From contig JAUWYY010000005.1 in NCBI GenBank assembly GCA_030615605.1, positions 119,067 to 183,066 on the forward strand: a stretch of 64,000 nucleotides of DNA, in the 5' to 3' direction. Position 1 is the first letter of the stretch. The number at the start of each line of letters is the position of its first letter. The DNA comes from a bacterium. Lineage in GTDB: Bacteria; Armatimonadota; Zipacnadia; Zipacnadales; Zipacnadaceae. Made by a program: the position numbers and the translations under genes. This document shows, one piece after another, positions 36,462-47,020 of the stretch. Under the pieces are notes generated by a model. It did no database searches, was not told the origin of the DNA, and was given only the letters and a program-made list of their open reading frames with translations.

Positions 36462-37442
36462 TCACCACCAATCGCTCGCCGGTGGCCGAGTATAGGCCGG
36501 CTGGCAGACGACAGTCCACCCTTCAGTGGAGGCATAGTAATCGCATTTATGGACGCCGCGTTCAGTATGATGCCACTTGAAATATCGCAGCGCCAGTTGA
36601 TTCGGGACGAGGGTGTGGAAGTATTCTGGGTTCGTGAGGTCAACAACGACGATAGCAGGTCTTTTGTCAACGCTGTCCCACCGCAGAGCTTGCGCGATGG
36701 CAAGGCGTACACCGCCATACTCCTCGGTCGCGAGAGCAGCCTGGAGCACATTCCTTGCGGCGTTGGTGCCCAACTGTCCCAGCGATAGAGCAGCCTGAGC
36801 GCAGCAGAAGGCAGCGGCATCCCGGTGGGCAAGTGGTGCAGGACTCTTGGGCTGGTAGCTTAAATAACTACGGAGTGCATCAATAGTACCAGGCACTCGG
36901 AGTGCTCCCAGCGCCGCTATCATCTCCGGCGTCGGGGGCTTGTCTTGCGTGTGTTTCTCCAGCTCTTCTAAGATAGGATCCAGCGCTACATCTCCCATCC
37001 TTCTCAACGCGGCTATCGCAGGCCATGTCTCATAGCCGTAACGCAGCCGGGTGATAACTAACGGGATCAGTTGCGCATCCGCAGACTTCACCACGGTTCT
37101 ATAGACAGCATCCTGGCACGGTGTATCGTCGGTTAGGCGATTGGCTATTATGCGACTTCCATCCGGGCCCATGCTGAGTAACTCTGCGCAGGCCTCGTCC
37201 AGGACTTCCTCTTCACTGCTGTCAAGACACGCATACAGCCATGCGGTACGCTCAGTCTTATCCTTCGCGCGCCAACCCAAATAGTATAGTGACTCAGCCG
37301 CCTGCGCGCGGGCCCGCGACTCAACGGATGTCAGCTTCCGCAACGAAAGCCTAATCGCGGCGTATCTGCGAATTGACAAGCCCGCTATCACCATCAGGAC
37401 AGTAGCCAACAGAAAGGCTGTGACGCGGACGCCTTTCTTCAC
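36462..37442 (-). CDS. HEAT/PBS-lyase-like repeat protein with N-terminal TM anchor
   Basis: N-terminal hydrophobic helix followed by repeated 'A..AL..LG...A...L' armadillo/HEAT-like units. Confidence 0.5.
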   Translation of the reverse strand: MKKGVRVTAFLLATVLMVIAGLSIRRYAAIRLSLRKLTSVESRARAQAAESLYYLGWRAKDKTERTAWLYACLDSSEEEVLDEACAELLSMGPDGSRIIANRLTDDTPCQDAVYRTVVKSADAQLIPLVITRLRYGYETWPAIAALRRMGDVALDPILEELEKHTQDKPPTPEMIAALGALRVPGTIDALRSYLSYQPKSPAPLAHRDAAAFCCAQAALSLGQLGTNAARNVLQAALATEEYGGVRLAIAQALRWDSVDKRPAIVVVDLTNPEYFHTLVPNQLALRYFKWHHTERGVHKCDYYASTEGWTVVCQPAYTRPPASDWW

Positions 37443-37965
37443 TTTGTTTCACCTCCCTCTTGAGCACCCGCCTTGTTGTCTAACATCGTTATATCAGAGC
37501 GCACTCTTCCGATAAAGTGAGGTTAATACTTAGTATACAATGGGATAGTATACCGTGGCAAGCACAAGACGGGTCCGAGGAAGACCGGCCAGTGTCAGCA
37601 CACTAGCAGTCGCTGACCAGCTCGGAGACGAAGCCAAAGTCCACTGCTGCTGATAATCTACGCAACAGGTGGTCGGCAGGGATCAAGTCCTCATAGATCA
37701 TGCCAAAGAAGCTGCTTTGCCTACTGTGCTCCCCTTGCATAAGTCACCTCACCGTTGCTACACAATAATGGTGCAACCACTACCGATGATTCTAGCACAG
37801 TGCCGTCTTGACATCAAGCCCCCCTGCCATAATATGAGGTGACTTTTGCACCAGTCTCACACTGCAGAAATCGGGGGAGGTGCGCCAAGCGCGCACGCTG
37901 AGGCCGGAAGGTGAATGTCCGACCAAACGGCGCTTCCACGAGTTTCACAAGGGAGGGGAGACAGC

Positions 37966-38614
37966 AATGCGAGACGCAAAACTGTGGCTCATGATATTGC
38001 TGATCCAGTTGACGTTCTTTGCAGGTGTTAGGATGGGCTTGCCGAAAGTGGAGTGGAAGAGGGTTATTTCTGCCAGGAGCGCCGCTGAGTCTCTCTCGTT
38101 CTCTGAAATTGCGTACAAAGAGCAAATAGAAGACAAGCTGGCAAACCAAAAGGTGATCACGTTACCCGAGCGTTGGGCCCGACTGCTGCATTGCCCCGGC
38201 AAAGGGCTGCTGAACGAATCGTTCAATGACGTCCTGGTATTCTCTGAAGGTCCACCCGGAGATGAAAGTGAGAGTGACTTTCTGCAGCCGAGTTTTGTAA
38301 ACTCCGGCAGATTCATTCCAGTTCATGAGTCACGCATGCTGATGCTCTACACTGAAGTGAACTTCTGGCAACGAGAGTTCTTACCACTCACCGCAAAGCC
38401 CAACAAGGTCAAAGCAGAAATTGCCGAGACGAAGCAACTTTTTGAGAAACTCTACCCCGAGCTTGTAGAGAAGCAGCAACGCGAAGCTTGGGCTAACGTA
38501 TTTGGTGTCCTAGATGGGATATTGGCACTGGTGGCACTAGCGACGCTAGTCGCAGCAGCCGTTGCTTGCCGGCGAACGAAGGACCTACGGCACGTGTCCT
38601 CCCGGGAAGAATGA
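37966..38614 (+). CDS. hypothetical membrane-anchored protein
   Basis: Signal/TM helix at the N-terminus (LWLMILLIQLTFFAGV) and a C-terminal hydrophobic helix. The ORF is open from 37880. Confidence 0.45.
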
Positions 38615-38927
38615 GTGTCGGACATCTAGGCCGACCCGTTCGTGCCAATGCTATCCTGCTTGGGGATGCCCTTCCGGGCTTGACACATCCGTGAGGGTCG
38701 TATATGGTCGTAGTGGGAGAAAGCCCCTCTTTCAGGAAGCCACTCTATGTATGCACCAAAGGAGAGAGTCGCGGAGAGCGGGATGAGCCAAGGACGCAAC
38801 TCCACGTTCGTCGAAATAGGAAACATGGGTTAGAGAATGTCATGAAAAGCAGACACCTATGGGATAGATCGAGATGTGTACACGGTCGACAACCTGTGCG
38901 CAACAGTTGGTAAAAGGAGCCTAACGT

Positions 38928-40049
38928 ATGCACACCACTCGAGACAGCGTTGCGACGATCCTCCTCATGGTTGGAATAGTGACGGTGATCTTAATGAGCA
39001 GCGGATGCTCGCGGCAGGGGCGAATGTCGGCTGAGGGCGAGTCCAGGCGCGGCTTCCAGAGCAGGCTGCGGGTGGAGCTCAGGTGCGTTCCGCACGCAGA
39101 GATGAGCTTTACAAGCCCAGAGGACAAGCCGCTTGTGAGAGCCGGCGAGTCTGAGCAGGAACAGCAACAGACCCGGGAGTCCGCCAGATACCAGTCGCCT
39201 CACACTGGCGAAACACTCCAGGCCGCCACCCACGATGTTCTCCAAGGAATTGCCGCGGACCCGTCGAAGATTACCATCTCGGTAGTTGGTAACAACCGCC
39301 TGCTCGTAGAGACACAACCTGCGAACCCTCAAGAGGCTGAAAGGCAAAAGGATGCTGTTGCCACATACCTGCGCGAGACCTATCCTGGCATCGAGATACA
39401 AGCCGAACAGATGCGCGCCGTTTTCGTCGGGGATAACACCGCTGACGAGGTCGTATCCATCCTCAAGCGGCGGCTCCGTTCCTTGCGCGTTCGCAAGTCG
39501 GTAGTCCAGAAGCAGGGGCATGACCGCGTCATGGTCGAGCTACCTAGCCTCAAGGACCCGGAGCGTATGCTCAGTATTCTCGGGAGCACTGCCATGCTCG
39601 AGTTCCCCCTCGTGCCCACAAGGTACAGGCCAACCTCGCCCGAACCAAACACTAACGAAGAGTGGAAGGACGAACAGACCGGCGAAACTGTTGGCTGGGA
39701 GCAGGTGCGCGCCGAGTCCAGGGTCGCGTTCACCGGGTATGACCTCATGGAAAACGCCAAAGTTCAATCGGGCGAAGCCGGTGACTGGGTTGTGGCCTTC
39801 GAACTTAAGCCCGATAGAAAGGACAACTTCCGCGAGTTTACCCGTTGCAATGTGGGCCGCACACTGGCCATCGTCCTAGACCGTAGGTGCATCATGGCAC
39901 CCGTCATTCGCACTGCTATCCCGGGCCGAGGCATAATCGAAGGTAACATGACGGCCGAGGAAGCCCACGACCTCCAAATCCTGCTGAACGCAGGCGCTCT
40001 GCCCGTGCCGCTTGAGATTCTCGAAGAAGGCACTTATGGCCCTGCTTGA
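38928..40049 (+). CDS. lipoprotein with SecD-periplasmic-head-like domain
   Basis: Lipobox 'LMSSGC'. C-terminus 'TLAIVLDRRCIMAPVIRTAIPGRGIIEGNMTAEEAHDLQILLNAGALPVPLEI' resembles the SecD/SecF P1 head consensus. Confidence 0.5.
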   Translation: MHTTRDSVATILLMVGIVTVILMSSGCSRQGRMSAEGESRRGFQSRLRVELRCVPHAEMSFTSPEDKPLVRAGESEQEQQQTRESARYQSPHTGETLQAATHDVLQGIAADPSKITISVVGNNRLLVETQPANPQEAERQKDAVATYLRETYPGIEIQAEQMRAVFVGDNTADEVVSILKRRLRSLRVRKSVVQKQGHDRVMVELPSLKDPERMLSILGSTAMLEFPLVPTRYRPTSPEPNTNEEWKDEQTGETVGWEQVRAESRVAFTGYDLMENAKVQSGEAGDWVVAFELKPDRKDNFREFTRCNVGRTLAIVLDRRCIMAPVIRTAIPGRGIIEGNMTAEEAHDLQILLNAGALPVPLEILEEGTYGPA

Positions 40050-40140
40050 TTAGTTTCACCAAGGCAGCCTTCCAAAAGGTTTCTACTGGTGGCGTCGCGC
40101 CAGCTATAACCGTCTCTAGGAGGGTGCCGCACTTACCGAC

Positions 40141-40839
40141 TTGTGGGACCACTCGGGCGGGAGCAAGGTGAAGAATGGGGCAAGACGTTACAGGAAGGTG
40201 CTGACAGTGCAACGGCGACTAATCACCAAGGCCTTCTTAAGGGTTGTTTTGGCGGGCGGGGTCGTTGTCGGAGGCTGGTGGGTAAGCTTCGGTCGCGACG
40301 ACTACGCATTCGCCAAGGCCAAGAAAGAGGACATACTCGAGGGACCTCAGGGCGTGGACGAGGTGACCATTCCAATGAACGGGTACATCAAGCATTACCG
40401 CACAGCTAAATCAGTTTTCGAGCCTGCTTGTTACCAGAAGGGAATAGCAGCTTACAAGTGCTATCTCGAATCGTTCTCGAATGGTCGGCACCGAGACGAG
40501 GCTGAGCGCAGAATCGCTGAGCTTAAACAGGCAGCAATCTGGGCTAACCAGCGGCAGGCTCTGATTGAGGTAGCTAACGCTCCGTCGTGGGGCGAAGCAC
40601 GGCGTCACATAAGGCAGGTGTTGGATGCACACCCAGTGGACATTGGCCTGCTCTTGCAGATGGCGCTACTTGCCTGGGGATTTGACCGGTTCCACCACCA
40701 GGCGTGGGAGGAGTCGTGGGCGTACATAGAGAAGGTGGCGGCGCTCGACCCCAGGAACGAGCTGCTGGAGGCCGTAAAGACACATAATCAAACACACGCC
40801 CCCATGGCCCAAAAGGCTGCCAGGAATTGCGGCGACTGA
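40141..40839 (+). CDS. hypothetical protein with N-terminal TM helix
   Basis: Coding-like ORF with one hydrophobic helix (VVLAGGVVVGGWWV). Confidence 0.45.
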   Translation: MWDHSGGSKVKNGARRYRKVLTVQRRLITKAFLRVVLAGGVVVGGWWVSFGRDDYAFAKAKKEDILEGPQGVDEVTIPMNGYIKHYRTAKSVFEPACYQKGIAAYKCYLESFSNGRHRDEAERRIAELKQAAIWANQRQALIEVANAPSWGEARRHIRQVLDAHPVDIGLLLQMALLAWGFDRFHHQAWEESWAYIEKVAALDPRNELLEAVKTHNQTHAPMAQKAARNCGD

Positions 40840-40846
40840 GTGGGGC

Positions 40847-41170
40847 GTGCCCAGAGAGATAAGCGTGCCGGCCGGGGCACCACAAGCCTGGGTCTGGTCA
40901 GCAGCAGTGCCAGGTTGTATGAATGTTCATCCGGGACAAACGGCCTTTTTCCGGCCTGATGGCACCCTTGGGAAGATTGTGGATAATGCGACCGACCGGA
41001 CGGTTTGCATGGCGGACACGACAATTCCAGGAGGATACGCCTTCTTTGATGAAGGGGGTGTCAGGTCCATACTCCTCCAAAACGGAGGCCTGCTAGCGAT
41101 TGAAGGAATCATTCGAACTCGCCAAGCGGCAGCGGAAGGGGCCATACTCGAACACGTCGCGTACCGCTAA
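40847..41170 (+). CDS. small hypothetical protein (107 aa)
   Basis: Same-strand ORF starting 8 nt after the previous stop. Confidence 0.35.
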   Translation: MPREISVPAGAPQAWVWSAAVPGCMNVHPGQTAFFRPDGTLGKIVDNATDRTVCMADTTIPGGYAFFDEGGVRSILLQNGGLLAIEGIIRTRQAAAEGAILEHVAYR

Positions 41171-41346
41171 CCGTATTGCCAAGGTGTACAGCCGGTGCCA
41201 GGACCAGACTGCTGATATGAGGCAGCGTGGGGCTTTCTTCGTCGAATCCTTGTTCTTGTGCAGGATATACCGTCGGGCAAGGTGAAACTGGATGCAAACA
41301 TATTGTTACCAATCACCAGGAGTGTGCCGAAGGAGGCGTCGGTGAA

Positions 41347-42735
41347 ATGCTTTGTCCAACATGTGGGCGAGCCAACGTTGATTATGCCGCATTCTGCGCG
41401 TATTGCCAGACACGCCTGCTCCCCGAGCAACTCCGGTTGACGGAATTCCCGGTCTGGGCACTACTACTTCTGCATTACTTCACGCTGGGTATCTTTTCGA
41501 TGGTGTGGATCAATCTGTACCACGGGAAACTGCCGCGACGACGCCCCAACGACCCAACTGCCGGCCGAGCGGTCGGATTCTTATTCATTCCCTTCTACGG
41601 CTTGTACTGGGTCTTCTTCACCCACCTGCGCCTCTGTGAACGTGTTGACCAGGAACGGACGCGTTGTGGCCTGCCCGAAGAGAAACTGAGGCCCTTCGCC
41701 ATCGCCACATGTATTGTCCAAGTTATTCCTTATGTCGGCTTGCTCAGTTTCTTCCTGCTATATCCGATCCTCGCTGGGGTTGTTCAGGCCAATATCAACG
41801 AAGTTGCAGCAGGCGGAACCTGGCGGTGCGCCACCTGTGGCGCAGACAACCCCGGCAGGAACACTTTCTGCGCATCCTGCGGGGCCCGGTTGCCGGAGGC
41901 TACGAGCGTCGTTATGCCCCCACCCGCAGACCAAGTTAGTCTCCAGTTTACCGGCACCGGGTTGCAATACCTCGGGTGGGGACTGCTCGCAGCGGTTGGC
42001 TCATACACCATCATCCCCGCTGGCTGGACAGCCACGGCAATGTGGCGCTGGTTTGTCACAAGCCTCCGCCTCAGCGACAGGCGCACAGCTACGTTCAGCG
42101 GCACAGGCAGCCAGGTATGGGGGTACTGCAGTGCCGCTGCGGTCCTCGGGATGACCACCTGGCTGGCCTATCTCTCCGACAACCCTGATACCGTTCTCCT
42201 CCTCACGTACGCCATGCTTGTGCCAGTGACTATGGGCCAGGTTGCCCTGGGGCTTGTTATCCTCCGCAGATGGTTAGCCCATACCCAGGTTTCTGGAGGC
42301 CAGCCGCTGCAATTCACGGGAAGTTACTGGCCTTTGCTGGGGTGGAACCTCTTATGCGCCGTATCTATCTACAGCATAGTTGGTTGGGCGTGGGCGGGGG
42401 CAGCCGCGCTACGGTGGTTCTGCAGCAATGTACGAACGGACCGCGCTGTTTTGCAGTTCCGTGGACGCGCGGCCACACTCCTGTGGCGTGGTGTGCTATG
42501 CTACTTGATGTGTATTCCCATCGTCACCGCTCCTTGGGCCGCAGTCTGGTTGTGGCGCTGGCTTGCCGAATCTACTGTTGTGCTTAGTCGCGCCGAAGCA
42601 GCATTTCCAGCGGGTGCCAGTGTCGCGCCTATCCCCAGTGGCGGTATTGTTTGCCCCAGGTGCGGCCAGCGTAATCCCGAAATTGCTGACTACTGTGCAC
42701 GCTGCGGAGCATCACTCCGCGCCCTGACGCAGTAA
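41347..42735 (+). CDS. polytopic membrane protein with three zinc-ribbon domains
   Basis: RBS 'GAAGGAGGCG'. Three 'C..CG.....FC..CG' ribbons (CPTCG..CAYCQ; CATCG..CASCG; CPRCG..CARCG) separated by clusters of TM helices. Confidence 0.65.
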   Translation: MLCPTCGRANVDYAAFCAYCQTRLLPEQLRLTEFPVWALLLLHYFTLGIFSMVWINLYHGKLPRRRPNDPTAGRAVGFLFIPFYGLYWVFFTHLRLCERVDQERTRCGLPEEKLRPFAIATCIVQVIPYVGLLSFFLLYPILAGVVQANINEVAAGGTWRCATCGADNPGRNTFCASCGARLPEATSVVMPPPADQVSLQFTGTGLQYLGWGLLAAVGSYTIIPAGWTATAMWRWFVTSLRLSDRRTATFSGTGSQVWGYCSAAAVLGMTTWLAYLSDNPDTVLLLTYAMLVPVTMGQVALGLVILRRWLAHTQVSGGQPLQFTGSYWPLLGWNLLCAVSIYSIVGWAWAGAAALRWFCSNVRTDRAVLQFRGRAATLLWRGVLCYLMCIPIVTAPWAAVWLWRWLAESTVVLSRAEAAFPAGASVAPIPSGGIVCPRCGQRNPEIADYCARCGASLRALTQ

Positions 42736-42803
42736 CGAGCAAAAAATGGCTTGCAGCATTCGGTGACTTTGTCACTGGGAGCAGCGGAACGGAGGCCGTG
42801 CAC

Positions 42804-43730
42804 ATGTTTTGCATAAAGTGCGGAAAAAGAAATCCTGAAGGAGTCCAGTTTTGTGCGTACTGCGGGCACAAAACCGTCGTGCCGGAGCAGCTGCTGCAGG
42901 CGCCAAGTGTTCCTGAGGTCACGGCTGCTGATGTCAAGACCTTCGCGCCGCCGGAGGCTGCCGTCCCACCAGGCGTGGCTCCACGTATCAGTGGCCTCGC
43001 TGTCGCCTCACTGATCCTGGGCATACTGGGAGTGACGGCGCTAGTGGGACTGATCCTGGGTATTGTCGGCTTGGTACAGATCAACGCAAGTCGGGGACGA
43101 CTTCGTGGGCAAGGCCTGGCAATTGCGGGGATCTCAGTCTCGGGCTTCATGGTTCTGATGGTGCTGCCGGCGATGCTATTTCCTGTCTTTGCCCAGGCGA
43201 GAGCCAAGGCTCGACAAACACAGTGCCTGAGCAACCTGAAACAAATCGCTGTTGCCACGATGATGTACGTGAGCGACTGGGATGGCCACTATCCGCCTAC
43301 ACGCAACTGGTGTGATACATTGAACCCCTACATAATGAACACTGAAATCTATCGCTGCCCCAGTCTACCCACTGAGCGGGGAGGGTACGCTTACAATACA
43401 CATATGAGCGGTATCCGGGAATACCAAATAGTAGCGCCCGCCCAAACGGTTATTCAATTCGACAGCACAGGCGGGTGGAACTTGGCCGGTGGCCCCGAAT
43501 TGGCAGACCTCCGGCATAACAATGGGCTAAATATGGGTTTTGCCGACGGTCACGTAAAATGGTGCCCAAGTGCGGTAGATGACTGGCTATCGTGGTCGCC
43601 GCGCGCAGGGGCTTCACTGGCCCCGCCGCCCGGGGGTCCGCCGGGCCCGCCCGTCTGGGAGGAGGAAGCGCCTCCGGCTGAGGAGGAGCCGGCCCCAGCG
43701 CCGTGGCCATCAGCACCACCACCAGGTTGA
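42804..43730 (+). CDS. zinc-ribbon / TM / H-X9-DG (DUF1559) pseudopilin-like domain protein
   Basis: 'CIKCG..CAYCG' ribbon. TM helix, then 'LFPVFAQARAKARQTQCLSNLKQIAVATMMY' and C-terminal 'HNNGLNMGFADGHVKW' (H-X9-DG). Pro-rich tail. Confidence 0.7.
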   Translation: MFCIKCGKRNPEGVQFCAYCGHKTVVPEQLLQAPSVPEVTAADVKTFAPPEAAVPPGVAPRISGLAVASLILGILGVTALVGLILGIVGLVQINASRGRLRGQGLAIAGISVSGFMVLMVLPAMLFPVFAQARAKARQTQCLSNLKQIAVATMMYVSDWDGHYPPTRNWCDTLNPYIMNTEIYRCPSLPTERGGYAYNTHMSGIREYQIVAPAQTVIQFDSTGGWNLAGGPELADLRHNNGLNMGFADGHVKWCPSAVDDWLSWSPRAGASLAPPPGGPPGPPVWEEEAPPAEEEPAPAPWPSAPPPG

Positions 43731-43916
43731 TGAGAGACCTACTTACCTAATCCTTTGCTGCTGCACGGGAGCCTGATGGCGGCGGCTGTATCGAACGCCA
43801 GGACAGACTGGCTAGTACCTGCAGAGCGAGTTCATAATGGGTGGTACAGACGAATTGACACAATCCAGTGGCACAGCGCTGGGGCAACCCAGTATTGAGA
43901 GGGGCGGAGCCCAGAT

Positions 43917-45711
43917 GGGGGAGACCGAACTCCTTCTGGGGCGACTGACGCTGCTGGCCACTGAAGAGGCGTTAGAATGGTTGGGGGGCCGCAATTGGAT
44001 ATCGGAAGAACTGGAGCAAGACGTACGAGGGTGGTGGTTTACGAAGCTGGGCCGGCGCTGGCAAATTGTCAGACGAATAGCGCAGCGTTTGGACAGTTTG
44101 GCACTCCCCCAAGTCAGCCTCACCGAGTATGAGTTGAGATCTCGCATGCTGCGGAGAGTATTGCCAGACGCGCACTGCCAGGTCTGTTACGGTACAGCTA
44201 ATCGCCAGTGTCAGGCATGTCGTGGCACGGGGCGCAGCCGGGACGACCTGTACCCGTGCGCCGAGTGTGCAGGCTGGGGCACTGAAACGTGTACCTGTGG
44301 GACCAAGCTCGACGTTAGGCTTCCCAGCAATGCATGCGATGGGATGATTGCCGCGGCGTGGTCGAGGCAGTCGAATCGGGTCTCGCTGGTGCGACTACAC
44401 TTTGCCCGTGAACGCAGTTCGAAGTTAGTAGTAGGGCGAATTAAGTTAGATGCCGCACATATGTGGCGAAAGATAGTCTGGTGGCTAGCACAAGCCGGAA
44501 TCGTAGTGCTTGTGCTAGTAGCCCTGCAGTCGTTGCTCAGGTGGACGCTGGAAGCTATGCGCTCAGGTTTGGAACCAGCGCAGGTCTTCAGGTTAATGAT
44601 GGTGATTGCGTTAACAGGCCTCGTGGGCTGGGCAGGTGCCTTAGTGCGAGCACCTGTCGTGCGGCATTGGGCGGGGGAAAGAACCGCACTTGGTGCCGAG
44701 AAAAGCTTTTGGCTTGCCCCTGTCTGGGAAAAGCTGGCCGCAGCCATGGCTACACGCTGGGGCCAGAAGGTAGCGGCGTTAGTATTGGTCATCACCCTAA
44801 TGTTCATTATTACTGCTACCTTGGGCCGACGGCAAGTGATATTTGTTGGTGGGCAGTTGGCATTGTGGATGTGCAACCACCAGATAGCCATAGACCGGTT
44901 TGGCGCATTGGTCCGGCCAGACAGTAGTGTGGGGACGGATCGCGCTCGTGCCGGACAGCTCGAGGCACAGTTTCGACGTGTGCAGGCCGTGGTCAAAGAT
45001 CACATACCCCTAGGCCAAAGTGACTGTAGCCCTGACACAGCGGCGGCAATACACCGTGACATCAGCTCGCTAGTCAAGCACCTGGACTGGTTGACGCCCG
45101 AGCGTAGGAGCGCATTGCCTGGTCTTGTGGCCTCGACGGCGGAAGTGGAAGTGGACTGGCACAAATGGGACCTGGCGCACGACCTTTTCGTGATTCTATT
45201 GCAAGAATTCCCCGCCCATTCCACATCACAGGCGCTGTCAATGCGTGCGGAGTGGCGCGTGGCGGCCATAGAACGCGTGAGCTTTCCGTTCTCTGTCTCT
45301 AGCATGGCCTTAGGAAGAGCGACCCAGAACTGGGACGGTTCGTGGGAGGCAGATTGCCAACGGCACAAAGCTGCCGCCAACCAGAAACTGATTGTCGTCG
45401 AAGCGAAGTTGGCACACGTAGGACGTACTCGAAAGGAAGTAGTGGCTGACCTTTTTAGGGTGCAAGATTCGGAAGACAATAGCTACGCGTGCCTCGGCTT
45501 TCAGGTTGATGAAACCGAGACACTGGAGTTCGTAGACGGCACGAAGGCTCCGGTGCGGCTACAGTACCTGTCATCAACGAGAGAGTTCCCGGGGATCTCG
45601 GTTGGGCCGGATAGCGTATGGGTGACAATGGTCTTTGAAGTGCCCCAGGAGGCAGGACGACTAGAGCTGATTGCCCGCGGTCAAGAACCAGTCTTGCTGT
45701 CCGACATGTGA
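43917..45711 (+). CDS. hypothetical protein with DnaJ-type CxxCxG zinc-finger cluster and TM segments
   Basis: 'CQVCYGTANRQCQACRGTGRSRDDLYPCAECAGWGTETCTCG'. Several hydrophobic helices. The ORF is open from 43837. Confidence 0.5.
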
Positions 45712-45723
45712 GGAGCAAGGCCT

Positions 45724-46191
45724 ATGCAGAGAGACGCGTTTAGAGTAGAGCTTTTTCCCTTTATGGCGGTGCTCATGTGTTTTCTGGGCGGCCTGCTGAC
45801 CATTGGCTTGACAGTAGTAGCACTGTCGGTACTGTTTCCCCAAGAAATCTGGAGCCTCGGCATGCCGGGCAAGGCCCATCGGCTACCTGCTGTGATCGAA
45901 TGGGACGGCTTTGGCGTAACGATCCATCCCCAGCGCGTGGTAATCCCCGCCGCGGTAGCTCTTGAGAAGGATGGCGATAACTCATCGGAGTTTGGCCAAC
46001 TGCTGCGCGAGGTCAGAGCGCACCCAGACAAGAGGTTCTTGTTTGTGCTCGTCCGGCCCACGGGCTTTTCCACATTTCCCCAATTGCTCCAGATGCTACA
46101 GCAAGATGAAGTTGATGTTGGGTACGAAGCTGCTGTACCGGAGCAAAAGATTAGCATAGTAATATCCGAGGGGGCGACAGGTGTTCCATGA
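45724..46191 (+). CDS. ExbD/TolR-like protein 1
   Basis: N-terminal TM 'LFPFMAVLMCFLGGLLTIGL'. Periplasmic 'KRFLFVLVRPTGFSTFPQLLQMLQQDEVDVGY' matches the ExbD C-terminal consensus. Confidence 0.5.
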   Translation: MQRDAFRVELFPFMAVLMCFLGGLLTIGLTVVALSVLFPQEIWSLGMPGKAHRLPAVIEWDGFGVTIHPQRVVIPAAVALEKDGDNSSEFGQLLREVRAHPDKRFLFVLVRPTGFSTFPQLLQMLQQDEVDVGYEAAVPEQKISIVISEGATGVP

Positions 46192-46895
46192 GGCGGCGTA
46201 GGCGAGTAGTAGAAGGCGTTGGTCTCAACTTAGATCCGTTGGCAGATATGCTGGCCAACAGCATTGGGATATTGCTAATCGTCATAATTTACGCAGTCCT
46301 GGCAGCGAGGGGAACATTCATTTCCCGCAGTTTGCCTTTTCAAGTGACAACCACGAAAGAGTCCGTCAGTTTTCTCGTATTGCCCACCGGGATCCACTAT
46401 GCACCCCTTGAGGCAATGCTCGATGATTTTTTCGTGGGCCTGCCCGGCTACTCCACGGCCCGACGACAACTATCACTGACCTATCATAACATACCTCGAT
46501 TTGTGGATGCTGTGAACAAGAAGCGGTTGAAGCGGCATGGCTTGGAAATATGTGCCGAGGCGGACTACGACGAAACTTCTGACTGGCCTTACATGAGGCG
46601 CGAGGTTACTCGGCTCATTCTGCACATAGATCTCAAGACGAGGGATGAAGTAGTTGGACTGACGGAACTGGCCGATGCGCTGCCCAGTCTCGATAAGAAC
46701 CGGCAGTGGATTCTGTTCTATGTAGCCCCGGATGCAATACCTATGTATCAGCTCGCCAAGGACTTAACGCTGCAAGCTGGCCTACAAATCAACTGGATGC
46801 CTTGGACCGAGCTGTGGCCTGTCCCGGTTTCTCTTGTACCCCCGCCCTCTCCTGGACAGGCGTTGATTACGGGCCCACAGGTTACAGGCGGATGA
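46188..46895 (+). CDS. ExbD/TolR-like protein 2
   Basis: 'LNLDPLADMLANSIGILLIVI' matches the ExbD N-terminal 'inltPliDVmlvLLIFF' pattern. 4-nt overlap with the upstream gene. Confidence 0.45.
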   Translation: MRRRRRVVEGVGLNLDPLADMLANSIGILLIVIIYAVLAARGTFISRSLPFQVTTTKESVSFLVLPTGIHYAPLEAMLDDFFVGLPGYSTARRQLSLTYHNIPRFVDAVNKKRLKRHGLEICAEADYDETSDWPYMRREVTRLILHIDLKTRDEVVGLTELADALPSLDKNRQWILFYVAPDAIPMYQLAKDLTLQAGLQINWMPWTELWPVPVSLVPPPSPGQALITGPQVTGG

Positions 46896-47020
46896 GGATT
46901 GCACCTGATGCAACTATGCTGTTCGGTGCTTTCCCACGCAGTCTCGAAGCGGTGGTGTAGCGCAGCGAACTGGTCTGTATCGCAATTAGAACAGAACGCA
47001 GAGAACACAAGGAGGCGACG

